The notes: a model not told the origin generated them from the letters alone. 64,000 nucleotides of DNA from an uncultured Actinomycetota bacterium (GCA_963770565.1 CAVYQE010000002.1:672001-736000); one strand, 5' to 3'; numbered from the stretch's first letter, positions 47,779 to 58,901 are shown. Numbers and translations: made by a program.

Positions 47779-49088
47779 GCACGCCCCGCGACGAGTTCGA
47801 CATCGACGCGCTGCTGAGGCAGGCGACCGAGCGCCTCGCGCCGCCCGATGGCAGCTGGGAGTTGATCAGCCGTCGGGCCCGGCGCCGTAAGTGGGCGAAG
47901 GCCAGCGTCGCCGTCACGGCCGGCGTGATCGTGCTGGCGGGCGCCGTGCCTGCGGTCATTGCGGTGCGCCACAACGGCGGGGAGCAGAGCGTCGCCATCG
48001 GCAAGAGCCCGACCCCGCCGACCCAACAGCGCCACCATCACGCGAGCACCCAGCCGGTGCCGACCGTCAGCACACCGTCGACGTCGCCAAGCGCGACTGC
48101 TCCGACCTCGCTCGCCGGCTTCGTCCCGGACTCGTTGACCTTCGTCTCAAAGACGGACGGATATCTTTGGGGCACGCTGCCCGGGTCGCACGCCGGCGTC
48201 GTCGCGCACACTGAGGACGGCGGCCAAACCTGGACCGGCATGCAGGCCCCGCCCGTAATGGACTCCGCAAGCGCCGACGGCATCGCCGGCGACGATCAGA
48301 TCCGGTTCGGCAACGGCGAGGTCGGCTTCGTCTACGGCGCCGTCTACTACGTCACGACCGATGGCGGGCAGAGTTGGCACCAGTACGCCGCGCCCGGCTA
48401 CATCGACGACCTCGAGACGGTCCACCAGCAGGTATGGGCCCTGGTAAGGCCGTCTCAACTGTCGCGGACTGTGGAGTTGTACTCAGCGACGACGGCAGAC
48501 CCGACCCTTCGGCGGGTCACCTCGGTCACGCTTGCGCCCAGCACGCCGGGCGCTGACTCGATCGCGATCAATGGCGGACTCGGCACCGAGGTCAGCGTCA
48601 GCGTCATCGCCGGCAAGTCGTCGTTCTGGTTCTCGCCCAACGGCGCCACCTGGAAACGGCGCACGGATCCTTGCCCGGTAGACCCGCAGAGCGCCGTGCT
48701 CTCCACTCTGGATCTGCATACCGTTCTCGCCGCCTGCGGCTGGGGGGTCGGCGGAAGCAGCGAGCACAAGCAGACTTTCGTCTCGACCAACTCCGGTCAG
48801 TCGTGGACTGCGACCGGACCGGCCCGAAGCACGCTCGGGACGCTGCAGACCTTTGCGGCCGGGACGTCCAACGACCTGATCGTTGGCACGACTCGGGGCG
48901 CCCAGCTGACCACGGACGGCGGCACGAACTGGCTACCCGCGAAGGCCAACGGGATCACCCTGGGCTTTGTCGGCTTCATCAGCCTGCACCACATCGTGGC
49001 GATCTCGGACCGGGCCGACCTCACGACCGGGGCGTTCGCGACCAGCACCGACTCCGGGCAGCATTGGCAGGTTTACAAGTTCTCGTAA
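47775..49088 (+). CDS. Putative anti-sigma membrane protein with BNR-repeat propeller
   Basis: GTGA overlap with sigma gene; RARRRK + TM; TEDGGQTW, TTDGGQSW, STNSGQSW repeats. Confidence 0.75.
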   Translation: MSTPRDEFDIDALLRQATERLAPPDGSWELISRRARRRKWAKASVAVTAGVIVLAGAVPAVIAVRHNGGEQSVAIGKSPTPPTQQRHHHASTQPVPTVSTPSTSPSATAPTSLAGFVPDSLTFVSKTDGYLWGTLPGSHAGVVAHTEDGGQTWTGMQAPPVMDSASADGIAGDDQIRFGNGEVGFVYGAVYYVTTDGGQSWHQYAAPGYIDDLETVHQQVWALVRPSQLSRTVELYSATTADPTLRRVTSVTLAPSTPGADSIAINGGLGTEVSVSVIAGKSSFWFSPNGATWKRRTDPCPVDPQSAVLSTLDLHTVLAACGWGVGGSSEHKQTFVSTNSGQSWTATGPARSTLGTLQTFAAGTSNDLIVGTTRGAQLTTDGGTNWLPAKANGITLGFVGFISLHHIVAISDRADLTTGAFATSTDSGQHWQVYKFS

Positions 49089-49106
49089 GATCCACATTGC
49101 AAGACC

Positions 49107-49152
49107 CTGACGTAGGTGGCGTTCAACCCCCTCCGAACGCCACCTACGTCAG
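49107..49152. terminator. Perfect 18-bp stem-loop
   Basis: CTGACGTAGGTGGCGTTC-N10-GAACGCCACCTACGTCAG after anti-sigma stop. Confidence 0.65.
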
Positions 49153-49260
49153 CCCACCGCGATTGCGGTCTCCGTGGCATCCGGCATCGTCGGCCGCTGA
49201 CCCGACGCGCACATCCCACTCGCACGCCCGAACCCGTCGTACCAGCGGAGTTTGCGGATT

Positions 49261-49278
49261 TGCTACTGGCGGGTAACA
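49261..49278. promoter_or_regulatory. Candidate fatty-acid-degradation repressor site
   Basis: TGCTAC-TGGCGG-GTAACA palindrome upstream of acyl-CoA dehydrogenase. Confidence 0.45.
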
Positions 49279-49304
49279 ATCCAGGAACGACACGAGGAGC
49301 CGCC

Positions 49305-51182
49305 GTGAGCCAGGTCAGCGCGAAACAAGCCCGCCAGGTCGCCGAGGCGGCCCGAGAGACCGAGTGGACGCAGCCGAGCTTCGGCAAGGAGCTGTTCCTC
49401 GGCAACTTCCGGCTCGACCTGATCCACCCGCAGCCGATGCAGCCGGCCGAGACGGTGGAGCGTGGCGAGGCCTTCCTCGCCGAGCTGCGGGCGTTCCTGG
49501 AGAACAAGGTCGACCCGCTGGAGATCGAGCGCGACGCCCGGATTCCTGACGACGTGATCGACGGACTGAAGGAGATGGGCGCGCTCGGGATGAAGATCCC
49601 GACCGAGTACGGCGGTCTCGGCCTCAGCCAGGTCTACTACAACAAGGCCCTATCGCTGGCCGGCGTCTGGCACAGCGCGCTGTCCACGATGCTGTCCGCG
49701 CACCAGTCGATCGGGCTGCCGCAGCCGCTCATGCTGTTCGGGTCGGAGGAGCAGAAGGCCGAGTGGCTGCCGAGGCTGGCCCGCACGCACATCAGCGCGT
49801 TCCTGCTCACCGAGCCGGACGTCGGCTCTGACCCGGCCCGGTTGTCGGTCACGGCGACGCCGAGCGAGGACGGCGCGACGTACACGATCAACGGCACGAA
49901 GCTCTGGGCCACCAACGGTGCATTCGCCGACGTGGTCGTCGTGATGGCGATGGTGCCGAAGCGCGAGGGGCACCGCGGCGGCATCACCGCGTTCATCGTG
50001 CCGTGCGACACGCCCGGCGTGACGGTCGACCACCGCAACGCGTTCATGGGCCTGCGCGGCATCGAGAACTCGGTCACCACGTTCGACAACGTGACGATCC
50101 CGGCCGCTAACGTCGTCGGCTCCGAGGGGATCGGCCTGAAGATCGCGCTGACCACGTTGAACACCGGCCGGCTGTCGCTGCCGGCGATCTGCGCGAGCGT
50201 GACGAAGTACTGCTTGAAGATCGTCCGCGAGTGGGGTGCGCAGCGGGTGCAGTGGGGCGTTCCGGTCGGAGAGCACGACGCGGTCGCGCAGAAGATCGCG
50301 TCGATCGCCGGTACATCGTTCGGGCTCGAGGCGATGCTCGACGTGTCCAGCCGGTTGGCGGACGAGCATCGCAACGACATCCGGATCGAGGCCGCGCTGG
50401 TCAAGCTCTACGGCTCGGAAATGGCCTGGCAGGCGGTCGACGACATGATGCAGGTCCGCGGCGGCCGTGGCTACGAGACCGCGGCGTCGCTGAAGGCACG
50501 CGGTGAGAAGGCGGTGCCGGCCGAGCAGCTGATGCGCGACATGCGGATCAACCGGATCTTCGAGGGCTCGACCGAGATCATGCATCTGCTGATCGCCCGC
50601 GAGGCGGTTGACCAGCACCTACAGATCGCCGGCGACATCATCGAGCCGGACATCCCGCTCGGTGACAAGGCCCGCACCGCGGTGAAGGCCGGCGGCTTCT
50701 ATGCGACCTGGCTGCCGAAGCTCGCGGCCGGCAAGGGCAGCAACCCGACGTCGTACGCGGAGTTCGGGGAGCTCGCCGAGCACCTGCGGTTCGCCGAGCG
50801 CAACTGCCGCAAGCTGGCCCGATCCACGTTCTACGGGATGAGCCGCTGGCAGGGCCGGCTGGAGAAGAAGCAGGCCTTCCTCGGCCGGATCGTCGACATC
50901 GGCGCCGAGCTCTACGGCATCGCCAGCGCGTGTGTCTACTCACAGACGCTCGGCGCCGAAGACCCGGCGAACACCGAGCAGTACGTCGAGCTCGCCGACC
51001 TGTTCTGCCACCAGGCCCGGCGGCGGGTGGACCGGCTGCTGCACGACCTGTGGTTCAACGACGACGCGGACAACTACGACGCGGCGATGAAGGTGCTCGA
51101 CGGCCGCTACACGATGTGGGAGAAGGACATCATCGACCCGGCTGGCGAGGGCCCGATGCTGCCGGCTCACGGCAGCGCGTAA
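49305..51182 (+). CDS. Acyl-CoA dehydrogenase (FadE10-like)
   Basis: FLLTEPDVGSD, GTKLWATNG, GGRGYE, RIFEGSTEI; RBS GAGGAG before GTG. Confidence 0.92.
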   Translation: MSQVSAKQARQVAEAARETEWTQPSFGKELFLGNFRLDLIHPQPMQPAETVERGEAFLAELRAFLENKVDPLEIERDARIPDDVIDGLKEMGALGMKIPTEYGGLGLSQVYYNKALSLAGVWHSALSTMLSAHQSIGLPQPLMLFGSEEQKAEWLPRLARTHISAFLLTEPDVGSDPARLSVTATPSEDGATYTINGTKLWATNGAFADVVVVMAMVPKREGHRGGITAFIVPCDTPGVTVDHRNAFMGLRGIENSVTTFDNVTIPAANVVGSEGIGLKIALTTLNTGRLSLPAICASVTKYCLKIVREWGAQRVQWGVPVGEHDAVAQKIASIAGTSFGLEAMLDVSSRLADEHRNDIRIEAALVKLYGSEMAWQAVDDMMQVRGGRGYETAASLKARGEKAVPAEQLMRDMRINRIFEGSTEIMHLLIAREAVDQHLQIAGDIIEPDIPLGDKARTAVKAGGFYATWLPKLAAGKGSNPTSYAEFGELAEHLRFAERNCRKLARSTFYGMSRWQGRLEKKQAFLGRIVDIGAELYGIASACVYSQTLGAEDPANTEQYVELADLFCHQARRRVDRLLHDLWFNDDADNYDAAMKVLDGRYTMWEKDIIDPAGEGPMLPAHGSA

Positions 51183-52069
51183 CGCAACCCTTCGTGCTGG
51201 ACGGTCATGCCGACCGACTGGTAGAGCCTGGTCGCTCCGGTCAGGCTGTCGGCATCCACGCCCAGGCCGACCTTGGGCAGGCCACGGCGATAGAACTCGG
51301 CAAACGCGTTGAGTAGCAACGCTTTTGCCAGCCCGCGGCCGCGATACTCCCGCAGCGTCCCGAGCACGTCGACGTAACCGGACTCCGGCAGCTCGTTGCC
51401 ATAGAGCCCTGCACCTGGAACACCGTCGACCGTGGCGAACCACCACAGCGACAGGTCCCGACACGACCCGTCGGCGGAGAGCGCCAGCCAGCGCTCGTAC
51501 GGCTCACGGATCGGATCGAAGTGGTCAAGGAACGCGATGTCGATCAACTCGTGCATCGTGCGCAGATCCGCCTCGGTGCGCTCGACCTGGCGAATCTCGA
51601 TGCCAGCCGGCAACTCGGGGACGACCGGTGGCTGGTCGAGGACGATGGCCATCCGGTAGAAACGGCGTACGACGGTGCCGCCGGCTCCTTCATACGTTCC
51701 GCGCTTCACTGTGTTCTTCGAGTTCGCGAAGACATGGGTCGGCAACCCGGGTCCGACCTCGGCTGACGTGCGGCGCAGCCAGTCGAACAAGACCTCGACG
51801 ACGGAGTCGTGGCTGCCAGGTCGCAGGATGATGTCGCCGAACACATTCGCGTGACCGGGAATCATCTCGACCCAGGAGTAGCCGAGCAGGTCTCCGGAGC
51901 CGTCCTCGACCACGGCAGCCACCAACTGGTCGTTGGCCAGATCGACGTTGATCTCGTCGATCGTCGTGTGCGGCTCGCCGACCTCGGCCAGATCGCTGAG
52001 CACCGCGAGGTCGAGGACCGCCTCGGCGTCGTCCGCCGTGGCCGCTCGCAGGTTGCCTACTGTGTTCAT
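51167..52069 (-). CDS. Tandem GNAT acetyltransferase (MshD-like fold)
   Basis: AFLDHF, YRGRGLAKALL, LGVDADSLTGATRLY. Confidence 0.8.
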   Translation of the reverse strand: MNTVGNLRAATADDAEAVLDLAVLSDLAEVGEPHTTIDEINVDLANDQLVAAVVEDGSGDLLGYSWVEMIPGHANVFGDIILRPGSHDSVVEVLFDWLRRTSAEVGPGLPTHVFANSKNTVKRGTYEGAGGTVVRRFYRMAIVLDQPPVVPELPAGIEIRQVERTEADLRTMHELIDIAFLDHFDPIREPYERWLALSADGSCRDLSLWWFATVDGVPGAGLYGNELPESGYVDVLGTLREYRGRGLAKALLLNAFAEFYRRGLPKVGLGVDADSLTGATRLYQSVGMTVQHEGLRYALP

Positions 52070-52130
52070 GTGACCAGGTTGGCGCACCCCTGCCGTGCGA
52101 CGCCAATGGATTCTCGGAGACGATAGAGAC

Positions 52131-52661
52131 ATGACTGCGCCCAGCGACCGCCCCGAACCCTTCCGCGTCGTGACCGTCGGGCCCGACGGAGCCCCGGTCG
52201 AGGACGCCCACCAGGCACCGGTCGACGAGGAGGAACAGGCCGAGGCAGTCAGCGAGATGGTCGAGCAACCCGCGAAGGTGATGCGGATCGGCTCGATGAT
52301 CAAGCAGTTGCTCGACGAAGTGCGCGCCGCACCGCTCGACGACGCGAGCCGGATCCGATTGAAGGAGATCCACGAGAACTCGATCAAGGAGCTTTCCACC
52401 GGCTTGGCACCGGAGCTCCGGGACGAGCTGGCCCGGTTGAGCCTGCCGTTCACCGGCGACGAAGTCCCGTCGGACGCCGAGCTGCGGATCGCGCAGGCGC
52501 AGCTCGTCGGCTGGCTCGAGGGCCTGTTCCACGGCATCCAGGCGACCCTGTTCGCCCAGCAGATGGCGGCCCGGGCGCAGCTCGAAGAGATGCGGCAGCG
52601 CGCGCTGCCGCCCGGTGCCGGCGGGCAACAGCAGCCGAACCAGCCCGGCCTGTACCTGTAA
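52131..52661 (+). CDS. bpa: Bacterial proteasome activator
   Basis: VEQPAKVMRIGSMIKQLL, AQAQLVGWLEGLFHGIQ, C-terminal GLYL. Confidence 0.95.
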   Translation: MTAPSDRPEPFRVVTVGPDGAPVEDAHQAPVDEEEQAEAVSEMVEQPAKVMRIGSMIKQLLDEVRAAPLDDASRIRLKEIHENSIKELSTGLAPELRDELARLSLPFTGDEVPSDAELRIAQAQLVGWLEGLFHGIQATLFAQQMAARAQLEEMRQRALPPGAGGQQQPNQPGLYL

Positions 52662-52717
52662 CCACACGCGTGGCCCATTGGTGGGGCTATAGCCCCACGC
52701 ATGGGCCATTGGTGGGG
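52662..52717. repeat. REP-like palindromic element family C, copy 2 (inverted)
   Basis: Reverse complement closely matches 44587-44642. Confidence 0.8.
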
Positions 52718-52723
52718 CGGCGG

Positions 52724-53524
52724 CTAGCGGCGGGCAAAGAGCCGTTCCAGGACCACGGCAACACCGTCGTCGTTGTTGCTCGCGGTGATCTCGTCGGCGA
52801 CCGCGAGCACGTCGGCGTGGGCGTTGGCCACCGCGACGCCGAGGCCGGCCCACGACAGGAGCTCGATGTCGTTGGGCATGTCGCCGAATGCCACCACGTC
52901 AGCAGCGCCGAGGCCACGGTCGTCGAGCAACCCGGCCAGCGTGCTCGCCTTTGTGACCCCGAGCGCGCTGATCTCGAGCAGCCCGTCAATCGAGGAGTGC
53001 GTCAGCGTCGCGACCGACTCACCGACGACTGCGCGCGCCAGGGCGAGCAACTCGTCCGCGCCCATGCCCTCGCGCCGGCCGAGCAGCTTCGACACCGGCT
53101 GGGTCATGAGTCCTTGGAGCTCACCGACCTCCGCCGGGGGTCGGGGATCCCAGCGCGGGCGGTAGCCGGGCTCGTGCGCAAAGCTGCCGTCGACCCGCTC
53201 GATCCCGAACTCGATGTCCGGTACGGCGGCCCGCAGCTGCGCCGCGATGCCGAGCGCAACGTCGACGTCCAGGGGTCGCGAGGCGATGATCTGCTCGGTC
53301 TCCAGGTCGAGGACCAAGGCGCCGTTCGCACAGATCACCAGCCCGCGGTGGCCGGTCGCGTCGGCGACGCCGGGCAGCCACCGCGGCGGGCGACCGGTCG
53401 CGATCACGATCAGCGCACCCGCATCGCTCGCGGCGGCAAGAGCATCCCTTGTGCGGGGGGAGATCGTGCCGTCGCTGCGCACGAGGGTGCCGTCAAGATC
53501 GGTCGCGACGACCGCAGGCGTCAT
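52724..53524 (-). CDS. Cof-type HAD hydrolase
   Basis: DLDGTL, ATGR, FGDMPND. Confidence 0.92.
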   Translation of the reverse strand: MTPAVVATDLDGTLVRSDGTISPRTRDALAAASDAGALIVIATGRPPRWLPGVADATGHRGLVICANGALVLDLETEQIIASRPLDVDVALGIAAQLRAAVPDIEFGIERVDGSFAHEPGYRPRWDPRPPAEVGELQGLMTQPVSKLLGRREGMGADELLALARAVVGESVATLTHSSIDGLLEISALGVTKASTLAGLLDDRGLGAADVVAFGDMPNDIELLSWAGLGVAVANAHADVLAVADEITASNNDDGVAVVLERLFARR

Positions 53525-54783
53525 ACCGGCTCGAGGGTCGTGCGACCCCCGAGATGCGGCTGCAACGCGGCCGGCACCCGCACCGACCCGTCGGCGCGCT
53601 GGTGGTACTCGAGCAGGCAGGCGATCGTTCGCGCGATCGCGCACAGCGTGCCGTTGAGGGTCGCCACCGGCGCCGGCCCATCGTCGGCGCGATACCGGAC
53701 GCCGAGCCGGCGCGCCTGGAACGTCGTGCAGTTCGACGTCGACGTCAGCTCGCGATAACGCCCCTGCGACGGGAACCACGCCTCGCAGTCGAACTTGCGG
53801 GCCGCGCTCGCACCGAGGTCGCCGGCCGCGACGTCGATCACCCGGTAGGGCAGCTCGAGCTTGGCCAGGAACTCCTTCTCCCAGGCCAGCAGCCGCTGGT
53901 GCTCGGCCTGCGCGTCCTCGGGCCGCACGAAGGAGAACATCTCGACCTTGTCGAACCAGTGCACCCGGATGATGCCCTTGGTGTCCTTGCCATACGAGCC
54001 GGCCTCGCGCCGAAAGCAGGACGAGAAGCCCGAATAGCGCCGCGGCAGATCAGCCGCGTCGAGCACCTCGTCGGAGTGCATGGCGGCGAGGGCGACCTCG
54101 CTCGTGCCGACCAGGTAGAGGTCGTCGTCCCGCAGCCGGTAGACCTCGGGCTCGTGCGCGCCGAGGAAGCCGGTGCCCTCCATCGCCTCGGGGCGGACCA
54201 GGGCCGGCGCGATCATCGGGATGAATCCGGCGGCGACCGCCTGCTCCATCGCCAGGTTGACCAGCGCCAGCTCGAGCAGTGCGCCGACTCCGGTCAGGAA
54301 GTAGAACCGCGCCCCGCTGACCTTCGCGCCGCGCTCGAAGTCGATCGCGCCGAGCGCGGTCCCGATCTCGACGTGGTCCCGAACCTCGAAGTCGTACGAC
54401 GGCACCTCGCCGACCGTCTCGATCACGACTGAGTCGTCCTCGCCCCCGACCGGCGCCTCGGCCTCGACCAGATTTGCGATCAGGTAGGCAGCCGCGCGCA
54501 GTGCAGCGTCGGCGGCGGTCTGCTCGGCCTCCGCCGCCTTGACCTCGTCCTTGAGCTGCTTGGCGCGCTCGATCATGGCCGGCCGCTCGTCAGCCGTCGC
54601 GGTCTGGATCGCCTTGCTGGCGAGGTTCGCCTCGGCGCGCAGCGAGTCAGCGCGCGTGACCGCCGCGCGCCGGCGCTCGTCGGCGGCAAGGGCGTTGTCG
54701 ACAGCGGCCGGATCCTCGCCGCGCGCGGTCTGGCTGCGCCGGAAGTCCTCCGGTGCCTCGCGCAGTGCTCGCAGGTCAATCAC
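53521..54783 (-). CDS. serS: Serine--tRNA ligase
   Basis: [35 protein letters not shown]. Confidence 0.97.
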   Translation of the reverse strand: MIDLRALREAPEDFRRSQTARGEDPAAVDNALAADERRRAAVTRADSLRAEANLASKAIQTATADERPAMIERAKQLKDEVKAAEAEQTAADAALRAAAYLIANLVEAEAPVGGEDDSVVIETVGEVPSYDFEVRDHVEIGTALGAIDFERGAKVSGARFYFLTGVGALLELALVNLAMEQAVAAGFIPMIAPALVRPEAMEGTGFLGAHEPEVYRLRDDDLYLVGTSEVALAAMHSDEVLDAADLPRRYSGFSSCFRREAGSYGKDTKGIIRVHWFDKVEMFSFVRPEDAQAEHQRLLAWEKEFLAKLELPYRVIDVAAGDLGASAARKFDCEAWFPSQGRYRELTSTSNCTTFQARRLGVRYRADDGPAPVATLNGTLCAIARTIACLLEYHQRADGSVRVPAALQPHLGGRTTLEPV

Positions 54784-54806
54784 GGGAAGCCAGGTTAGTG
54801 GGACCG

Positions 54807-55742
54807 TCAGCCGGCTTCGCCGCGGCGCAGTTGATCGACCCAGGCCGCGGCATCGGTGAAGTCGACGTCGGCGGTGCCCCGGCGCTCGGTCGGCGCGCTG
54901 CCGTCGGCGGTCGGATACGAGCCGAGGAACCGTACGTCGGCGCACAGCCGGCGAAGCGCGGCAAGGGCCTCGGCCACCCGGGCCTGGGCGATGTGACCCT
55001 CGGCGTCCATCGAGAAGCAGTAGCGGCCGAGCCCAACGCCGGTCGGGCGCGACTCGATCCGGGTCAAGTTGACCCCGCGCACGGCGAGTTCGGTCAACAC
55101 CTCGAGCAGCGCGCCCGGATGATCATCGGCGATGTAGGCCACCAGGCTGGTCCGGTCGGCACCAGTCTGCGGTGGCGGCGGGCCGGGCGGTGCCACCAGG
55201 ACGAATCGGGTGACCGCGCCAGGAGTGTCCGCGATGTCGTCGGCCAGGGTCTCCAGGGCGTAGTGCTCGGCGGCGAGCGGCGCAGCGACCGCCGCGTCGG
55301 CCTCACCGGCGGCCACCGCTCGGGCGCCGTCCGCCGTACTCGACGCTGCGATGAACCGCGCGGACGGCAAGGTACGGCGCAGCCAACCGCGGACCTGGGC
55401 CTCGGCGTGCGGGATGGTCGTCACGGTCGTGACGCCGGCGAGCGTCGTGCCGGGGCGGACCATCAGGGCGAACGAGACGCTGACCTGAACCTCGCGGACG
55501 ATCTGCAGCGGTGAGCCGGCCGCCAGCTCGTCGAGGGTCTCGGCGACCGAGCCCTCGACCGAGTTCTCCAGCGGCACCAACGCGGCCGACACCTCGCCAC
55601 GGCGAACCGCGTCCAAGGCGTCCGCCACCGAGACGTACGGGAGCCGGTCCACGCCCTGCGCAGCCGGTAGCGAGCGCAACGCGGCCTCGGAGAAGGTGCC
55701 TTCGGGGCCGAGATAGCCGTACCGCGCGGGAGGCGTGCCCAT
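54807..55742 (-). CDS. pheA: Prephenate dehydratase
   Basis: [35 protein letters not shown]. Confidence 0.95.
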   Translation of the reverse strand: MGTPPARYGYLGPEGTFSEAALRSLPAAQGVDRLPYVSVADALDAVRRGEVSAALVPLENSVEGSVAETLDELAAGSPLQIVREVQVSVSFALMVRPGTTLAGVTTVTTIPHAEAQVRGWLRRTLPSARFIAASSTADGARAVAAGEADAAVAAPLAAEHYALETLADDIADTPGAVTRFVLVAPPGPPPPQTGADRTSLVAYIADDHPGALLEVLTELAVRGVNLTRIESRPTGVGLGRYCFSMDAEGHIAQARVAEALAALRRLCADVRFLGSYPTADGSAPTERRGTADVDFTDAAAWVDQLRRGEAG

Positions 55743-55745
55743 CGG

Positions 55746-56246
55746 TCAGGCCTTGACCTTGCGACCGAGCGCGAGCGCGATCGCCTGGGTCTCCTCAGGC
55801 GAGAGCACCTGGTCGCTATGACCTTCCTTGACACCCTTTGCGTAGGCGCGGGCCTCGGTGCGGCCGTTGATCGACGTGATCACGAGTCCGTCGCCGGAGT
55901 CGTCGAGCAATGCCGCCGTGAACGACATCCGCCCGCCCATGTCGCCGAACGCGTCGTATCGCACCACCGCGACATGGCGTAACGCATCGGCGAGCTGGCC
56001 GCGAGCGATGTCGAGCTCGCTCTTCGCCCGCGCCAGCTCGGACCGCAGTGCCTGGGTCTCCGCCACCCCGCGAGTCATCGCATCGAGCACGCCCTCCTGC
56101 CCGTTCGGCCCGTCGAGAACGGACAATCCGCGCCGGAGTCGCCGGATCCGGAGGTTGGCCATGAAGCCGCTGATCAGGCCGAGAACCGCCACCCCCGACG
56201 CCGCCAGAGTGATCTCGTCAAGCAGCGGACGATGCAGGGGCAGCAC
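55746..56246 (-). CDS. DUF4446 family protein
   Basis: VVRYDAFGDMGGRMSF.AALLD..GDG, YAKG, LSPEE. Confidence 0.85.
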   Translation of the reverse strand: MLPLHRPLLDEITLAASGVAVLGLISGFMANLRIRRLRRGLSVLDGPNGQEGVLDAMTRGVAETQALRSELARAKSELDIARGQLADALRHVAVVRYDAFGDMGGRMSFTAALLDDSGDGLVITSINGRTEARAYAKGVKEGHSDQVLSPEETQAIALALGRKVKA

Positions 56247-56343
56247 AGCAGGGCAGCCTAATGCCTCAACCTCGGGCTCTTGACCCGATCCACGAACAGG
56301 GCGCATCACCGGCAATCCAGCCGCCGGGATTAGGGTCGCTGCC

Positions 56344-57111
56344 GTGGACGCCGAGGAGCTACGGAGCCTGCTCGACGGCGTCGCTGCCGGCACGACGACA
56401 GCCGAAGCGGCCGCCCGGGAGCTCGCAGCCGCGCCATTCGCCGGCTTCACCGACCTCGGCTTCGCCAAGCTCGATCACCACCGGGGGATGCGCACCGGCG
56501 ACCCCGAGGTGATCTACGCCGCCGGCAAGACCGACGACCAGGTCATCGCCCTGCTGACCGTACTGCAGCAGGCTCCCGGCGACCGGCCGGCGATGGCCAC
56601 CCGCCTCACGCCCTCGATGCTCGCGCGGGTACGGGAGGCGTTCCCGGACGCGACCGTCGACGAGACGGCCGGCTGCGTCGTACTGGGCCCGATGCCGGAG
56701 CCGAGTGGCGAGGTCGTCGTCGTGTCCGCGGGAACCAGCGACGAGCCGGTCGCGGGCGAAGCCGCGCTGGTCGCGCGCGCCTTCGGGGCGGACGTCCGCC
56801 GGGTCTGCGACGTCGGCGTGGCCGGCCTGCACCGCCTGCTCGCTGAGCGCGACACGCTCGCCGGTGCCGACTGCTTGGTCGTCGTCGCGGGCATGGAAGG
56901 AGCACTGCCCAGCGTTGTCGGCGGGCTGGTGGGCACCCCGATCGTCGCGGTGCCGACCAGCGTCGGGTACGGCGCCTCCTTCGGAGGAATCGCGGCGCTG
57001 CTCGCGATGCTCAACTCCTGCGCTCCCGGCGTCACAGTTGTGAACATCGACAACGGGTTCGGGGCCGGCGTCTTCGCCGCCAGGGTGGCGCGCCGGAGCA
57101 GCGCCCGATGA
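56344..57111 (+). CDS. larB: Nickel-pincer cofactor biosynthesis protein LarB
   Basis: AGTSD, DVGVAGLHR, AGMEGALPS, PTSVGYG, VNIDNGFGA. Confidence 0.92.
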   Translation: MDAEELRSLLDGVAAGTTTAEAAARELAAAPFAGFTDLGFAKLDHHRGMRTGDPEVIYAAGKTDDQVIALLTVLQQAPGDRPAMATRLTPSMLARVREAFPDATVDETAGCVVLGPMPEPSGEVVVVSAGTSDEPVAGEAALVARAFGADVRRVCDVGVAGLHRLLAERDTLAGADCLVVVAGMEGALPSVVGGLVGTPIVAVPTSVGYGASFGGIAALLAMLNSCAPGVTVVNIDNGFGAGVFAARVARRSSAR

Positions 57112-58292
57112 GCCGAGCCGGCTGGCTGGACTGCTCAAGCGGCGTCAGCGGCGACATGCTCCTCGGCGCGTTGCACGGCCTCGGCACCCTCGCCGAACTG
57201 CCCGCGCTAGTCGCCTCACTCGCGGATCTCGACGTCTCATGCACTCCGGTCGAGACCACGCGGCACGGCCTCGCCGCGATCTCCGTCGAGGTGGCGTCGA
57301 GCCCGGACCAGCCGACGCGAGGTCTCGACGACGTACTCGGGATCGTCGGTCGCGCCGCCCTACCGGACCCCGCCCGGCTTCGTGCCGCCGCGGTCTTCCG
57401 GCGACTGGCGGCAGTCGAGGGCGCGATCCACGGGGTGGCGCCCGAAGCGGTGCACTTCCACGAGGTCGGCGCGGTCGACTCGATCGTCGATGTCCTGGCC
57501 GGCTGCCTCGGTCTGCATCAGCTCGGGCTCGACGAGCTGGTCGTGTCACCGATCGCGCTGGGTGGCGGGACCGTCGCCGCCGCACACGGACGACTGCCGG
57601 TGCCGACGCCGGCCGCCCTCGGCCTGCTGGCCGGCAGCCACCTGGTCGGTCACGGCGGCCCTGTCAACGTCGAGCTCGCGACCCCGACCGGGATCGCGCT
57701 GCTCGCCGAGTGGTCGACCGCGAGCGGTGCCATGCCGGCCTTGGCGGTCGACGCGATCGGCGTCGGAGCAGGCTCCCGCGATCTCGACGACCGCGCCAAC
57801 GTCGTACGGCTCGTCGTCGGCACCCGCGCGGCCGAACCGACCGGCGAGGGCGGGTGGGAGGTCGTCGCCGCCAACGTGGACGATCTCGACCCCAGGTTGT
57901 GGCCGGGCGTGATCGACCGCTTGCTGAGCGCCGGAGCCGCGGACGCCTGGCTCACCCCGATCCTGATGAAGAAGGGCCGACCGGCGCACACGATCAGCGC
58001 GCTCGTCGCCACCGAAGCCGCGGAGGCAATCCGTACGGTGCTCACGACCGAGACCTCGACGATCGGCGTGCGGACCGGGACGGTCACGAAGCACGCCCTC
58101 GACCGCAGCTGGATGACCGTCGACGTCGACGGCCAGCAGATCCGGGTGAAGCTCGCGCATCGGGACGGGCAGCGGACCAACGTCACGCCCGAGTTCGAGG
58201 ACGTCGCGGCGGCCGCGCTTGCCCTCGGGGTGCCGGCCAAAGACCTGCTGGCGCGGGCGACCTCGGCCGCCCTACGCGCACTCGACGGCTAG
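57108..58292 (+). CDS. larC: Nickel insertion protein LarC
   Basis: GVSGDMLLGAL, HFHEVGAVDSIVD, PVPTPA, MKKGRP, ETSTIGVR, PEFED. Confidence 0.92.
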   Translation: MSRAGWLDCSSGVSGDMLLGALHGLGTLAELPALVASLADLDVSCTPVETTRHGLAAISVEVASSPDQPTRGLDDVLGIVGRAALPDPARLRAAAVFRRLAAVEGAIHGVAPEAVHFHEVGAVDSIVDVLAGCLGLHQLGLDELVVSPIALGGGTVAAAHGRLPVPTPAALGLLAGSHLVGHGGPVNVELATPTGIALLAEWSTASGAMPALAVDAIGVGAGSRDLDDRANVVRLVVGTRAAEPTGEGGWEVVAANVDDLDPRLWPGVIDRLLSAGAADAWLTPILMKKGRPAHTISALVATEAAEAIRTVLTTETSTIGVRTGTVTKHALDRSWMTVDVDGQQIRVKLAHRDGQRTNVTPEFEDVAAAALALGVPAKDLLARATSAALRALDG

Positions 58293-58295
58293 CCG

Positions 58296-58901
58296 ATGAG
58301 CCTTTCCGTCATCGCGACCGTGTTCGCGCTGATCGTTCCTGCGGAGCTGCCGGACAAGACCTTCATCGCGTCGCTGGTGCTGGCGACCCGATTCCGCGCC
58401 GGCCCGGTCTTCATCGGCGCCGGGCTCGGCTTCGCGGTCCAGTGCGCGATCGCGGTTGCCGCCGGCAGTGCAGTGTCGCTGCTGCCGGCCACTCCAGTGC
58501 ACGCGGTCAGCGCCGCGATCTTCGCGTTAGGTGCGGTCGTGATGCTGCGGGAGAACTCCGACCCGCGCGAGGAGGAGAGCAGCGTCGAGGCGGAGATCGC
58601 CGAGGTCAGTGCGGAGCCCAGCGCCCGGCGGGTGATGCTGACCAGCTTCGTCGTACTGTTCGTCGCCGAGTGGGGCGACCTCACCCAGCTGCTAACTGCA
58701 TCGCTGAGTGCGAAATACCACGACCCTGCTTCGGTTTTCACCGGCTCGCTGGCCGGGCTGCTGCTCGTTGCCGCCGTCGCGGTCGTGGGTGGCAAGGCGA
58801 TGCTGCGGGTGATTCCCCTGGTCTGGGTACGCCGGATCGCTGCGCTTGCCTTTGCCGTCGTCGCGATCATCACCGCGCTCGAGGCGGCGAAGGTCCTGTA
58901 G
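58296..58901 (+). CDS. TMEM165/GDT1 (UPF0016) transporter
   Basis: AELPDKT and AEWGDLTQ motifs. Confidence 0.9.
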   Translation: MSLSVIATVFALIVPAELPDKTFIASLVLATRFRAGPVFIGAGLGFAVQCAIAVAAGSAVSLLPATPVHAVSAAIFALGAVVMLRENSDPREEESSVEAEIAEVSAEPSARRVMLTSFVVLFVAEWGDLTQLLTASLSAKYHDPASVFTGSLAGLLLVAAVAVVGGKAMLRVIPLVWVRRIAALAFAVVAIITALEAAKVL

